DNA of 64,000 nucleotides from Candidatus Daviesbacteria bacterium RIFCSPHIGHO2_12_FULL_37_16 (GCA_001776785.1 MFDF01000002.1:6894-70893); one strand, 5' to 3'. Shown: positions 28,389 to 38,166, counted from the first letter of the stretch. A program made the numbers and translations. Notes: generated by a model from the letters alone, not told the origin.

Positions 28389-29695
28389 TTAATGATTTAA
28401 TGGATAAGATAGTAGCTTTGTGTAAGCGACGTGGATTTGTTTATCCTGGGTCTGAGATTTATGGAGGGTTAGCTGGAACTTGGGATTATGGACCTGCAGG
28501 TGCATTAATGAAGAAAAATTTGAAAGATCTCTGGTGGAAAGAGATGGTTCAATTAAGAGATGATGTTGTTGGGCTTGACGGGGCAATTATGATGAACCCC
28601 AGGGCATGGGAGGCATCAGGGCATGTTGAAGCTTTTGTTGACCCCCTGGTTGAGTGCAAAATTTGCCACCAAAGATTTAGGGCAGATAAATTAGAAGAGA
28701 TTGAAGAGCATACCAAAAACCATGGGGGTATGATGGTTGACTGGACTGAGCCAGAGCAGTTTAACCTATTGGTTAAAGCGTATTTGGGCGTTATTGAGGG
28801 AAAACAGTCTGAGATTTATTTAAGAGGAGAAATTACTAATGGTGTCCATGTAAATTTTAAAAATGTAATGGACTCAACAAGAGTAAAAATTCCTTTTGGA
28901 ATTGCCCAGATTGGAAAAGCTTTCAGGAATGAGATTACTCCAGGAAATTTTACTTTTAGATCCAGAGAGTTTGAACAGATGGAGGTCCAGTTTTATATAA
29001 AGCCAGTAGATGAAGAAGGTAAGAAGTGGTTTGAATACTGGAAGCAAAACAGGATGGACTGGTATTTATCATTAGGTATGAAAAAAGAAAACTTAAGGTT
29101 CAGGGACCATGAAGACAAGGAAAGGGCGCATTATGCAAAGGCTGCAACTGATATTGAATACAATGCCCCCTGGGGTTGGCAGGAGTTTATGGGAATTCAT
29201 CATCGTGGTGACTGGGATTTATCTAGACATGAAAAATTTAGCGGACAAAATTTAAAGGTCCGCGATATTGAGACAAATGAGGAATACTTTCCTTGGGACA
29301 TTGAGACATCTGCAGGTGTAGATAGATCTTTTCTTTTTTTACTTATTGATTCATATAGGGCAGAGGGAGGAAGAGTTTGGTTGCAACTTGATCCAAGGCT
29401 TGCTCCATATAAAGTGGCTGTATTTCCTCTATTGGGTAACAAACCGGAACTTATAGATAAAGCTAAAAAGATTTTTAATGATTTAAAGAAAGATTATATG
29501 ATTGCCTGGGATGATAGGGGGAATATTGGGAAAAGATATGCTAGCCAGGATGAAATTGGTACTCCCTATTGCATTACTGTAGATTTTGATACACTAGAAG
29601 ATGAAAGTGTGACAGTGAGGGATAGGGATAGTGCAAAACAGGAGAGAGTGAAGATTGCTGAATTGAAGCAATATATAATGGAAAGATTAAGGTAG
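28385..29695 (+). CDS. glyQS: Glycine--tRNA ligase, alpha2 (eukaryote/archaea-like) type
   Basis: KRRGFVYPGSEIYGG, WDYGP, PFGIAQIGKAFRNEITPGNFTFRSREFEQME, GNIGKRY, DEIGTPYC. Confidence 0.97.
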   Translation: MINDLMDKIVALCKRRGFVYPGSEIYGGLAGTWDYGPAGALMKKNLKDLWWKEMVQLRDDVVGLDGAIMMNPRAWEASGHVEAFVDPLVECKICHQRFRADKLEEIEEHTKNHGGMMVDWTEPEQFNLLVKAYLGVIEGKQSEIYLRGEITNGVHVNFKNVMDSTRVKIPFGIAQIGKAFRNEITPGNFTFRSREFEQMEVQFYIKPVDEEGKKWFEYWKQNRMDWYLSLGMKKENLRFRDHEDKERAHYAKAATDIEYNAPWGWQEFMGIHHRGDWDLSRHEKFSGQNLKVRDIETNEEYFPWDIETSAGVDRSFLFLLIDSYRAEGGRVWLQLDPRLAPYKVAVFPLLGNKPELIDKAKKIFNDLKKDYMIAWDDRGNIGKRYASQDEIGTPYCITVDFDTLEDESVTVRDRDSAKQERVKIAELKQYIMERLR

Positions 29696-29724
29696 CTTCT
29701 CGACTCGCTGGCGCTCGCTCGAAG
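29696..29724 (-). repeat. Small REP-like hairpin with tandem GA motifs
   Basis: Minus strand CTTC-GA-GC-GA-GC-GCCA-GC-GA-GT-CGA-GAAG fills the gap after glyQS. Confidence 0.6.
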
Positions 29725-29728
29725 AATA

Positions 29729-30619
29729 ATGTTAGACAAAGCTAAGGTTTTTTTATCCAATAGAACCAATTTAATACTGGTGGGGGTTTTGGTTTTACTT
29801 TTAGCTGGGGGAATTTTTGCATTCCAGAGATTTTTTGCAGGAGACCCTAATGCAATTGTAGAGGAGATTGATCTAGCCTTTGATCCAGAGGGGCCATATG
29901 CACTTTTGTATCCCAGAAGAGATGGGAATGCTTTAAACCTTTCACTTAAAAGAACTGGAACCTATGACAAAATTTCCTATGAGTTGGCTTATGTTGCCAA
30001 TGCTGATGCTACAGGTTCTAAAGACTCTGAGAGGTTAGTAGAGGATGGGATTTCCGGAATAGACAGAGGAGTTATGGGAGAGGTGGATACATCAAAGAAA
30101 AAATCAGAGTATGAACAGGAGATTTTATTTGGGACTTGTTCTAAGAATGTCTGCAAATATGACCAGGGTGTAGAGAATGGGACTTTAACTTTGCATATAA
30201 GAAAAGGCAAAGAGGCCTACAGAATGGTTACCCAATGGAAGTTACAAAAACCTGATGTAGCTTTAGGGAAATTATCGTCTGGAGATGAGCATTTCAAATA
30301 TGAGACAACTGCTTCAAGAGAGGAGCTGACTTTAGTTGGATACACTATAATTAATGAGTTAACTGGAGTGCCAAAACTTCCTTCCGGTAAAGAAATTTTA
30401 GGAACTGTTTATGCTCTAAATGTGCCTTTGGCAAAAAGTTTTCCAAAGGGGGCTGTTAGTTTTGAATTAGCTGAAAACCCTCCAGGGGATGCAAAAATTG
30501 CCAGGTTTTTGGATTCTAAAAATGACTGGGAGATCTTAGAAACTAAAATTAATGGGAGCAAACTTTCTGCAGATTCAGGGGGTGAGGGTATATTTGCAAT
30601 TCTTGCTGATTCTAAATGA
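29729..30619 (+). CDS. Hypothetical membrane-anchored extracellular protein
   Basis: N-terminal TM; EILFGTCSKNVCKYD (possible disulfide); its TGA stop is the start of the downstream palindromic element. Confidence 0.8.
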   Translation: MLDKAKVFLSNRTNLILVGVLVLLLAGGIFAFQRFFAGDPNAIVEEIDLAFDPEGPYALLYPRRDGNALNLSLKRTGTYDKISYELAYVANADATGSKDSERLVEDGISGIDRGVMGEVDTSKKKSEYEQEILFGTCSKNVCKYDQGVENGTLTLHIRKGKEAYRMVTQWKLQKPDVALGKLSSGDEHFKYETTASREELTLVGYTIINELTGVPKLPSGKEILGTVYALNVPLAKSFPKGAVSFELAENPPGDAKIARFLDSKNDWEILETKINGSKLSADSGGEGIFAILADSK

Positions 30620-30706
30620 ACTACCCCGCAGCAAGCTGACGGGGTATCGCTTTGCGAAAGTTCTTGTTTCGGATAGTTGTAACCTTGCAGTAAACTGCTA
30701 GGTATT
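30616..30706 (+). mobile_element. Non-autonomous IS200/IS605-like two-palindrome element
   Basis: ATGAAC-TACCCCG-CAGC-AA-GCTG-A-CGGGGTA-TC, then a decayed sister hairpin ACCTTGCAGT-AA-ACTGCTAGGTAT; same ATGAA...hairpin...GGTATC layout as 22392-22467. Confidence 0.65.
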
Positions 30707-30724
30707 TTATGAAACAATAAATTT

Positions 30725-31045
30725 ATGCTGCTTTTTAGAAGTTTTGAATTAGGAGCAATCCTTAGAAAAAAGATTATTGTGGTTTTAGTGCTGCTTTTAA
30801 TTGCCTTTAGTATTGTAGAAATTTGGGTTGTGAATAGGTTATCCACTTATGGTGAGCAGATAAGTAAGCTTGAGGAAACAAGAACAAATTATGTACTAGA
30901 GAACCAGGTTCTCCAGAACCAAATTGATGAAGCATCCTCTTTGGAAGAAATAGGAAAGTTAGTAAAATCATATGGATTTGCAGAGATTAAAAACATTGAG
31001 TATTTAACTACATCTGATCTAACCCCTAAAAACAGTACACTGTAA
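30725..31045 (+). CDS. ftsL: Probable cell division protein FtsL
   Basis: About 100 aa, one TM followed by a coiled coil, directly before ftsI; start codon uncertain. Confidence 0.6.
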   Translation: MLLFRSFELGAILRKKIIVVLVLLLIAFSIVEIWVVNRLSTYGEQISKLEETRTNYVLENQVLQNQIDEASSLEEIGKLVKSYGFAEIKNIEYLTTSDLTPKNSTL

Positions 31046-31065
31046 AAATTTGTTAAGATAAAATC

Positions 31066-32910
31066 ATGCGCATAAGATTTTTAAAGATTTCTTTTTTTGT
31101 AATAATATTTTCTATAATTTTAAGACTTGGGTACTGGCAGATATTAAAATCTGATGAATTAACAGCAAGGGCAGAAGGACAGAGAACTTCTATAAAAAAT
31201 GTGATAGCCCCAAGAGGAACAATTTTTTATCAGGATGGTTCAACTCTGGCTACAAGTCAACCTGCTTATTTAGTTTATGTACAGCCTAAAAGTATAGTTA
31301 TCCCCAAAAGTTTTAATATAACAGAATTTAGAAGGTTTTATGCCCAAAAACTAGCTGAGGTTTTTTGGGAAGAAGACCAAAAACTAAAACTTAAGTTTAA
31401 AGAAGATAAAGTTGGGACTGATTCTGCAAAATTGGAAGCTATCCCACCTGTTGAAACTGCTGTTAAAACAGATGAAGAGATAAAAAAAGATGAAAAAAAA
31501 CAGATTGAGGATTTTATTATTGATAGGCTGAGCCAGGATTTATATTGGGTGAGTTTAGCAAGAAAGGTTGATTTAGAAACAAAGAAAAGACTTGAAAAGC
31601 TAAATTTAGAGGGTTTGGGATTTGAGCCAACCTCACAAAGATTTTATCCTGAAGGCTCATCGTCTGCCCACCTTTTAGGATTTATTGGATCAGATATTTA
31701 TGGGGCAGAGACAGGTTATTTTGGGATTGAAGGTTTTTACAATGGAGAACTTAAGGGAACTCCAGGACTTTTAAAGCTTGAAAAAGATGCACTTGGCCTA
31801 CCAATTTTAATTGGGCAATTTATTAACAAAATTGCAAAACCTGGTAAGAATTTAACTTTAACTGTAGATAGGACAGTCCAATATATAGTTGAGAGGAATT
31901 TAAGGGCTGGAGTAGAAAAATATAAGGCTAAAGGAGGTTCAGTTGTGGTTTTGGAACCTTCAAGTGGGAATATTTTAGCAATGGCTTCTATACCTGGTTA
32001 TGATCCAATAATTTCTTATTTGTATCCAGGGGAGAATTTTAGAAACCCAATTACTGCTGAATCTTATGAGCCAGGATCCACATTTAAAGTTTTAGTAATG
32101 GCAGCAGGAATTAATGAGGGTGTAGTGCAGCCTGATACAAGATGTGACAGCTGTAGTGGGCCTGTAAACTTAGCAGGTTACACAATTAAAACCTGGAATA
32201 ACAAATATTTAGAAAACCAGACAATGGCAGAGACAATTATCCATTCAGATAATACAGGAATGGTTTTTGTAGGGAAAAAGTTAGGGATAGATAAAATGTA
32301 TGAGTATATAAGGAATTTTGGGTTTGGTGATGTGACAAATGTTGATTTGCAGGATGAGCAATCCCCCCCTCTGAGGGAGAAAAAAGACTGGAAAGAGATA
32401 GACTTAGCTACAGCATCTTTTGGTCAGGGTATCTCAGTAACACCAATGCAATTAATAAGGGGAGTTGCTGCTATTGCAAATGGTGGGAAACTAGTAGAAC
32501 CAAAGGTAGTAAAGGAGATTAGTGATGGTAAGGGAGTTACTAAAATCAGGGATAGGATTTTGGGGAACCCAATTTCCGAGGAGACCTCTAAAACTATTAC
32601 AAAGATGATGATTCAGGCTGTAGATAAGGGAGAAGCACAATTTTATAAGAAAAAAATTGGACTGCAAAATTATAAAATTGCAGGAAAAACAGGGACTGCC
32701 CAAATTGCAGTTGCAGGGCATTATGACCCTACTAAAACTATTGCCAGCTTTATTGGGTTTGCACCTGCAGAAAATCCAAAATTTGTGATGTTAGTTAGGT
32801 TTAATGAGCCATCTTCATCCATCTTTGGTGCAGACACTGCAGCCCCAACATTTTTTGAAATAGCAAAAGAACTGTTTTTATATTACGGAATTGCTCCCTC
32901 GGTGCAATGA
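31066..32910 (+). CDS. ftsI: Class B penicillin-binding protein (FtsI/PBP3-like)
   Basis: APRGTI, RFYPEG, YEPGSTFK (SxxK), HSDN (SxN), AGKTGTAQ (KTG); dcw context. Confidence 0.92.
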   Translation: MRIRFLKISFFVIIFSIILRLGYWQILKSDELTARAEGQRTSIKNVIAPRGTIFYQDGSTLATSQPAYLVYVQPKSIVIPKSFNITEFRRFYAQKLAEVFWEEDQKLKLKFKEDKVGTDSAKLEAIPPVETAVKTDEEIKKDEKKQIEDFIIDRLSQDLYWVSLARKVDLETKKRLEKLNLEGLGFEPTSQRFYPEGSSSAHLLGFIGSDIYGAETGYFGIEGFYNGELKGTPGLLKLEKDALGLPILIGQFINKIAKPGKNLTLTVDRTVQYIVERNLRAGVEKYKAKGGSVVVLEPSSGNILAMASIPGYDPIISYLYPGENFRNPITAESYEPGSTFKVLVMAAGINEGVVQPDTRCDSCSGPVNLAGYTIKTWNNKYLENQTMAETIIHSDNTGMVFVGKKLGIDKMYEYIRNFGFGDVTNVDLQDEQSPPLREKKDWKEIDLATASFGQGISVTPMQLIRGVAAIANGGKLVEPKVVKEISDGKGVTKIRDRILGNPISEETSKTITKMMIQAVDKGEAQFYKKKIGLQNYKIAGKTGTAQIAVAGHYDPTKTIASFIGFAPAENPKFVMLVRFNEPSSSIFGADTAAPTFFEIAKELFLYYGIAPSVQ

Positions 32911-32977
32911 AGTAATAGAGCTTGCTCATATTACAAAATTCCTCCAACATACTAAATTTTGATATACTTTGTAAGCA

Positions 32978-34198
32978 ATGATTAGGTTTTTGAGGAAATT
33001 AGTTCCGCAGATTTTAATAAACTTTTTTAAGCATCTGCCTGAGGCTGTTTTGGCAAACTTTATATATGGATTTCCATCAAGAGGGATGAAAGTTATTGGT
33101 GTGACCGGGACTGATGGGAAAACTACAACTACAAATATGATCTATGAGATCTTAAAAAAGTCCGGGAAAAAAGTTTCTATGGTTTCAACTATTAAGGCTG
33201 TTATTGGGGATAAAGAGTTTGAAACTGGTTTTCATGTAACCTCACCTACCTCATTTTTTTTGCAAAGACTGTTAAGGGATGCTAAGGGTGCAGGATCAGA
33301 ATATATAGTTTTGGAAGTGACCTCTCATGGGTTGGATCAATTCAGGTTTTTTGGGATAAATTTTGAGGTTGGGGTAATTACAAATGTAACTAATGAGCAC
33401 CTGGATTACCATAAGACCTTTGAAAATTATTTAATGACTAAAGCAAAGTTAATTAAAAATGCAAAAGTTGCTGTTATAAATGCTGATGAAAAACATTTTG
33501 AGAGGTTGCGTCACTTAACACATCCGAAGTGTAAAGTATTAAGCTTTGGAAAGAATCCAAAAGCAGATTTTAATCCAGGTAATTTTAAACTGAATCTAAA
33601 AATTCCAGGTGAATATAATTTGTTGAATGCTTTGGCTGCTTCTGCTGCTACTGATTCAATTGGTCTGGATAAAGCAAATATAAAGTATGTTTTAAGCAGT
33701 TTTGATGGTTTAGAAGGAAGGATGGAAGAGGTTCCAAACAAACTGGGGATTAAAATATTTGTAGATTTTGCCCACACTCCAAATGCTTTGGAAAATGTTT
33801 TAAAAGTTTTAAAGAAAAAAAGCAAGGGTAGGTTAATATCAATTTTTGGTACAGCTAGTGAGAGGGATGTTGTAAAAAGGCCTGTAATGGGGGCTATATC
33901 TGCAAGAGAGGCAGATATAACAATCCTGACTGATGAGGATCCAAGATTTGAGTCCTCTGAAAAAATTATTTCAGAAATTGCGCTGGGTGCAAAAAAAGAA
34001 GGGGCTAAATTTGGGAAGAATTTATTTAAGGAACCTGATAGATTTAAAGCAATAATGCTTGGGATAAAAATGGCACGCAAAGGAGACACAGTTGGGATAT
34101 TTGGTAAGGGTCATGAAAAATCTATGAATTATAAAGGTATTGAAAAAATCTGGTCAGATAAGGAGGCTGTGGGAAGAGTTTTAAGGTATGGAAGATAG
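32978..34198 (+). CDS. murE: UDP-MurNAc-tripeptide ligase MurE (short, lacks the N-terminal domain)
   Basis: IGVTGTDGKTTT, LEVTSHGLDQ, EHLDYH, GRME, VDFAHTP, DEDPR, GKGHE. Confidence 0.9.
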   Translation: MIRFLRKLVPQILINFFKHLPEAVLANFIYGFPSRGMKVIGVTGTDGKTTTTNMIYEILKKSGKKVSMVSTIKAVIGDKEFETGFHVTSPTSFFLQRLLRDAKGAGSEYIVLEVTSHGLDQFRFFGINFEVGVITNVTNEHLDYHKTFENYLMTKAKLIKNAKVAVINADEKHFERLRHLTHPKCKVLSFGKNPKADFNPGNFKLNLKIPGEYNLLNALAASAATDSIGLDKANIKYVLSSFDGLEGRMEEVPNKLGIKIFVDFAHTPNALENVLKVLKKKSKGRLISIFGTASERDVVKRPVMGAISAREADITILTDEDPRFESSEKIISEIALGAKKEGAKFGKNLFKEPDRFKAIMLGIKMARKGDTVGIFGKGHEKSMNYKGIEKIWSDKEAVGRVLRYGR

Positions 34199-34772
34199 AT
34201 ATAAGTTAATTGCTGCAGCTTTGGGAGAAGAAAGAGTTAAATATGATGAGAGGCTTATACACCATACTTATACAAAACTAAAAAGCAGGGCTGAAATTTT
34301 TTATATTGCTACCACCCTAAAGGAGCTAATTGCTGTTTTAGATTTAGCTTATGAGTTAAAAATTCCCTATTTAGTATTAGGAGCAGGAACAAAATATTTA
34401 ACAAAAAGAGCAGATATTAAAGGGTTGGTAATAAAAAACAGAACAACTCAGATAAAAATTGGGGCCATCAAGGGTAAAGTTTCAACAAGTGGTCTAGGAA
34501 TTGAGGAAGCCCAAATTGAAGTTGACAGCGGTGTAAGCATAAATAAATTAAATGATTTTCTATATGAAAGCGGACTTGAAAATTTAAGGGGTATTAGCTC
34601 TAGCTTAAGTACAGTGGGAGGAGCAATTTTCTTAGATTCAGTACTTCAGGCTCAAGCCTCAATGATCAAGGTATGGGATAAAGGAGACATAGAAAATGTT
34701 GACATATTAAGTCTTGATAAAAATAAACATGTAGTTTTATCAGTGGTTTTTGGTGTTAAAGCACGAATTTAG
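34188..34772 (+). CDS. murB: MurB-like protein with only the N-terminal FAD-binding part
   Basis: HTY, IPYLVLGAGT (GxGSN-like), GLVIKN, VDSGV, TVGGA; ends at 194 aa without the C-terminal domain. Confidence 0.6.
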   Translation: MEDRYKLIAAALGEERVKYDERLIHHTYTKLKSRAEIFYIATTLKELIAVLDLAYELKIPYLVLGAGTKYLTKRADIKGLVIKNRTTQIKIGAIKGKVSTSGLGIEEAQIEVDSGVSINKLNDFLYESGLENLRGISSSLSTVGGAIFLDSVLQAQASMIKVWDKGDIENVDILSLDKNKHVVLSVVFGVKARI

Positions 34773-34797
34773 GGTAAATTAAGGTATACTTAAGCTG

Positions 34798-35994
34798 ATG
34801 ATAGATATTAATAAACATCCGATCTGGCAAGGAAATAAGCTTTGGGGAGGGATAAATCTGCTAAAAAAGCGAGGACACCTGGTTAGATTTTTCTTAGCCA
34901 GACAATATGCTAAACTTTTTCCCAGGACACTATTTGTAGGAATTACAGGGTCTGTTGGTAAAACTACTACAACATTGGCCTGTCAAAGTGTACTTTCTGA
35001 AAAATTTAAAACTATTTCTACAAAAATAGATTTAGATCCAATTTTGAATATCCCAATTACAATTTTAAATATAAGGCCTAAGACACAAAAAGTCTTATTG
35101 GAAATGGGGGTTGAGTATCCCGGGGAGATGGAGTATTACCTAAATATGGTTAAGCCTTATATAGGGGTTGTCACCCGAGTGAGTTTTGCCCATAGTGAAT
35201 TTTTGGGATCAGACCAGGAGATTTTGAGCGAAAAGGGTAAGCTTATTGAGCAGTTGCCAGAGAATGGATATGCAATTTTGAATTGGGATGACCCCCTGGT
35301 TAGAAAGTTAGCTGATAAAACAGCGGCCCAGGTAATATTTTTTGGAACTGATTCTATAAATTCACATGTATGGGCTGGAAATATAAAAATTAAAGATTAC
35401 CAAACTGTTTTTGAATTAAACCAGGGGGTTGAGAGAGTAGAAGTTAGAACAAATCTTTTAGGTAGACATATGGTTACTTCTTTACTTGCAGCTGCAGCTT
35501 TAGGAGCATGTTTGGGTATGCCTCTTACAACCATAAAGAAGGGTTTAGAGAAGGTAAAGAGTGCTCCCCATAGATTTGATCTGATAGAGGGGAAAAATGA
35601 CAGTTTTATAATTGATGATACACACAACTCTTCTCCTGCTGCTGCTGCAGAAGCGCTGGAGACATTAAATTTGCTTACAGCCAGAAGGAGGATTGTAGTA
35701 TTGGGAGAAATGAAAGAGCTTGGGGTGTATTCTGAGAAGCTGCATAGGGAAATGGCTCACATAATTTATAGAAATAAGGTTGATTTAGTTTTTTTAGGGA
35801 CTGGGGATGCAAATTATATTGCTGATGAACTTATAAAACTGGGTTTTTTAGAAGATAGGTTATTTGCAAACCTGCAAAACCCTCAAATTGTATCAAAGCT
35901 AATAAAGGTTTTATCTAAGGGTGATGTAGTTTTAATTAAAGGATCCAGAACTTTAAGGTTAGATGAAGTAGTAAAAAAATTATCTAAAAAATGA
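34798..35994 (+). CDS. murF: UDP-MurNAc-pentapeptide ligase MurF
   Basis: VGITGSVGKTTT, LEMG, IIDDTHNSSP, VLGEMKELG, VLIKGSR. Confidence 0.9.
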   Translation: MIDINKHPIWQGNKLWGGINLLKKRGHLVRFFLARQYAKLFPRTLFVGITGSVGKTTTTLACQSVLSEKFKTISTKIDLDPILNIPITILNIRPKTQKVLLEMGVEYPGEMEYYLNMVKPYIGVVTRVSFAHSEFLGSDQEILSEKGKLIEQLPENGYAILNWDDPLVRKLADKTAAQVIFFGTDSINSHVWAGNIKIKDYQTVFELNQGVERVEVRTNLLGRHMVTSLLAAAALGACLGMPLTTIKKGLEKVKSAPHRFDLIEGKNDSFIIDDTHNSSPAAAAEALETLNLLTARRRIVVLGEMKELGVYSEKLHREMAHIIYRNKVDLVFLGTGDANYIADELIKLGFLEDRLFANLQNPQIVSKLIKVLSKGDVVLIKGSRTLRLDEVVKKLSKK

Positions 35995-37034
35995 TAGAAC
36001 TCCTAGGTCTTGTTTTAATATCTTTTTTAATTACCAGTATTTTACTAGTTCCCTATATTGATTTTCTATACCATTTGAGGAAGAAAAATTTAAAGAAGCT
36101 TGAGATTCATCACAGTGAAGTAAATATTGAAGCATCTAAGAACCGTAATATACATACACCTATAACAAATAAACTATTAGGATATAAAGATATTGATACT
36201 CCTGTTGGAGGAGGATTGTTAATTATTCCTGTGACAATAATTTTAACCATTCTGACTGTTTTATTTACTGATATTGAGATGTCAAATGAAATTTATCTTT
36301 TAATTTTTACATTAATATCTTTTGGACTGATTGGATTTGTAGATGATATCAGGAAAATTTTTGCCCTTTTTTATGGGAAATATCATGGGATCCGCGGAAG
36401 GTACTTGTTAATCCTTCAGTTAATTTTTGCCAGCTTAATAGCCTGTGCGCTTTATTTTGTTGTTGGCATCAATAATCTCTATGTTCCAATTTTTGGCAAT
36501 GTTGTATTGGGAAGTTTTTATATACCACTGGCAGTATTTATTATTGTTTCATTTGCAAATGCATATAATATATCTGATGGGCTTGACGGACTATCTTCCG
36601 GACTGTTAATGATTTGTCTGTTTGCTTTTTTAGCATTGGCTAGTGCGTCTTTCAATCAATACCTGTCAGTATTTGTTGGTGTATGGATTGGTGCATTGAT
36701 TGCGTTTTTATATTTTAATGTATACCCTGCCAGGATTTATTTAGGAGATGCAGGTGCTTATGGGTTTGGAGCAGCATTGGCAGTAGTTGGGTTATTAACC
36801 GGGAAGGTTGTGGGTTTGGCAGTGATTGGAGGTATGTATATTATCATAGTTGCATCCTCTTTAATCCAGATACTTTCAAAAAGATTTTTGCATAAAAAAA
36901 TATTACCTGTAACACCAATACATATGTATTTTAAATTCTTAGGATGGGAGGAGCCAAAAATTGTTTTTAGATTTTGGCTGGCAGGAATTATCTTTGCATT
37001 TTTTGGCTTGTGGCTGGCGCTACTTTCCTCATGA
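35991..37034 (+). CDS. mraY: Phospho-N-acetylmuramoyl-pentapeptide transferase
   Basis: TPVGGG, GFVDD, NAYNISDGLDGL, FNVYPARIYLGDAG, PIHMYF, GWEEPKIV. Confidence 0.95.
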   Translation: MIELLGLVLISFLITSILLVPYIDFLYHLRKKNLKKLEIHHSEVNIEASKNRNIHTPITNKLLGYKDIDTPVGGGLLIIPVTIILTILTVLFTDIEMSNEIYLLIFTLISFGLIGFVDDIRKIFALFYGKYHGIRGRYLLILQLIFASLIACALYFVVGINNLYVPIFGNVVLGSFYIPLAVFIIVSFANAYNISDGLDGLSSGLLMICLFAFLALASASFNQYLSVFVGVWIGALIAFLYFNVYPARIYLGDAGAYGFGAALAVVGLLTGKVVGLAVIGGMYIIIVASSLIQILSKRFLHKKILPVTPIHMYFKFLGWEEPKIVFRFWLAGIIFAFFGLWLALLSS

Positions 37035-38146
37035 GATTTAAAAGTAAATCTAATAAAATAGTATCTCCCCTTTTTGAAGGAAGTGGAATGGATTACGGGC
37101 TTTTAATAGCTTCTATCGCACTGACTGTTTTTGGATTAATCATGGTTTATGATTCATCAGTTGTGCAGGCCTATAAAGATTTCGGGGATAAATATTATTA
37201 TATTAAACAGCAATTAATATGGGTTGTACTTGGATATTTTTTCTTAACTTTTTTTGCATTTTTTAATTATGAAAATTTTAGAAAACTGGCTCTGCCAATT
37301 TTAGCAGGCTCTTTCCTGCTTTTACTGGCAGTTTTAATTCCAGGGTTAGGTACTGCTGCTGGAGGTGCCCATAGGTGGCTTAAGTTAGGACCAGTATCAA
37401 TTCAGCCGGCAGAGATTATGAAGCTTGCAAGTGTGATTTTCTTTGCAGCCATATTTGAAAAGAAACCAAGATTTGCCCCCTTTGCGCTGGTTGTGCTGGC
37501 TGCATCTTCTATAATTGGAATTTTTCAAAGAGACCTTGGGTCGACAGTAGTTTTTGTATTAATCTCCCTTGCAATGTTTATTGGTTCTGGTGCAAATTTA
37601 GGTTACATTTGGCTAATGCTGCCCGTATCGGCTGCGGGATTTTTATTCTTTGTTCTTTCTTCTGCATATAGAAAACAGCGGGTTTTAGCATTTTTAGACC
37701 CTTTTGCAGATCCCCAGGGATTTTCTTACCATATTTCACAAGTGCTAATCGCTTTGGGATCTGGCGGACTGTTGGGATTAGGCCTGGGCCAGTCCAGACA
37801 AAAGTTTGAATATATTCCTGAGGTGACAACAGATTCCATTTTTGCAATTGTTGGAGAAGAGTTTGGGTTTATAGGAGCTTTAGTGCTAATAGGACTTTTG
37901 ACTTTTTTAATATACAAAGGTTTTAAAATAGCTGAAGCTGCTCCTGATAGGTTTGGTAAACTTTTAGCTTTGGGATTGACTATTTGGCTTGGATCCCAAA
38001 CTGTTGTTAATTTAGGGGCAATGGTGTCTCTGATTCCATTAACAGGTGTACCTTTGCCATTTATCTCTTATGGTGGATCTGCGCTTTTGGTAAATTTGGT
38101 AGCTATAGGGATACTTTTAAATATATCCAAAAACACAAATAGATAA
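37031..38146 (+). CDS. ftsW: SEDS peptidoglycan polymerase FtsW
   Basis: GLIMVYDSS, GAHRW, IQPAE, QRDLG, PEVTTDSIFAIVGEEFG, TGVPLPFISYGGS; ATG at 37031 overlaps the mraY stop. Confidence 0.93.
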   Translation: MRFKSKSNKIVSPLFEGSGMDYGLLIASIALTVFGLIMVYDSSVVQAYKDFGDKYYYIKQQLIWVVLGYFFLTFFAFFNYENFRKLALPILAGSFLLLLAVLIPGLGTAAGGAHRWLKLGPVSIQPAEIMKLASVIFFAAIFEKKPRFAPFALVVLAASSIIGIFQRDLGSTVVFVLISLAMFIGSGANLGYIWLMLPVSAAGFLFFVLSSAYRKQRVLAFLDPFADPQGFSYHISQVLIALGSGGLLGLGLGQSRQKFEYIPEVTTDSIFAIVGEEFGFIGALVLIGLLTFLIYKGFKIAEAAPDRFGKLLALGLTIWLGSQTVVNLGAMVSLIPLTGVPLPFISYGGSALLVNLVAIGILLNISKNTNR

Positions 38147-38166
38147 AATTCCTGTAAAATATATTA

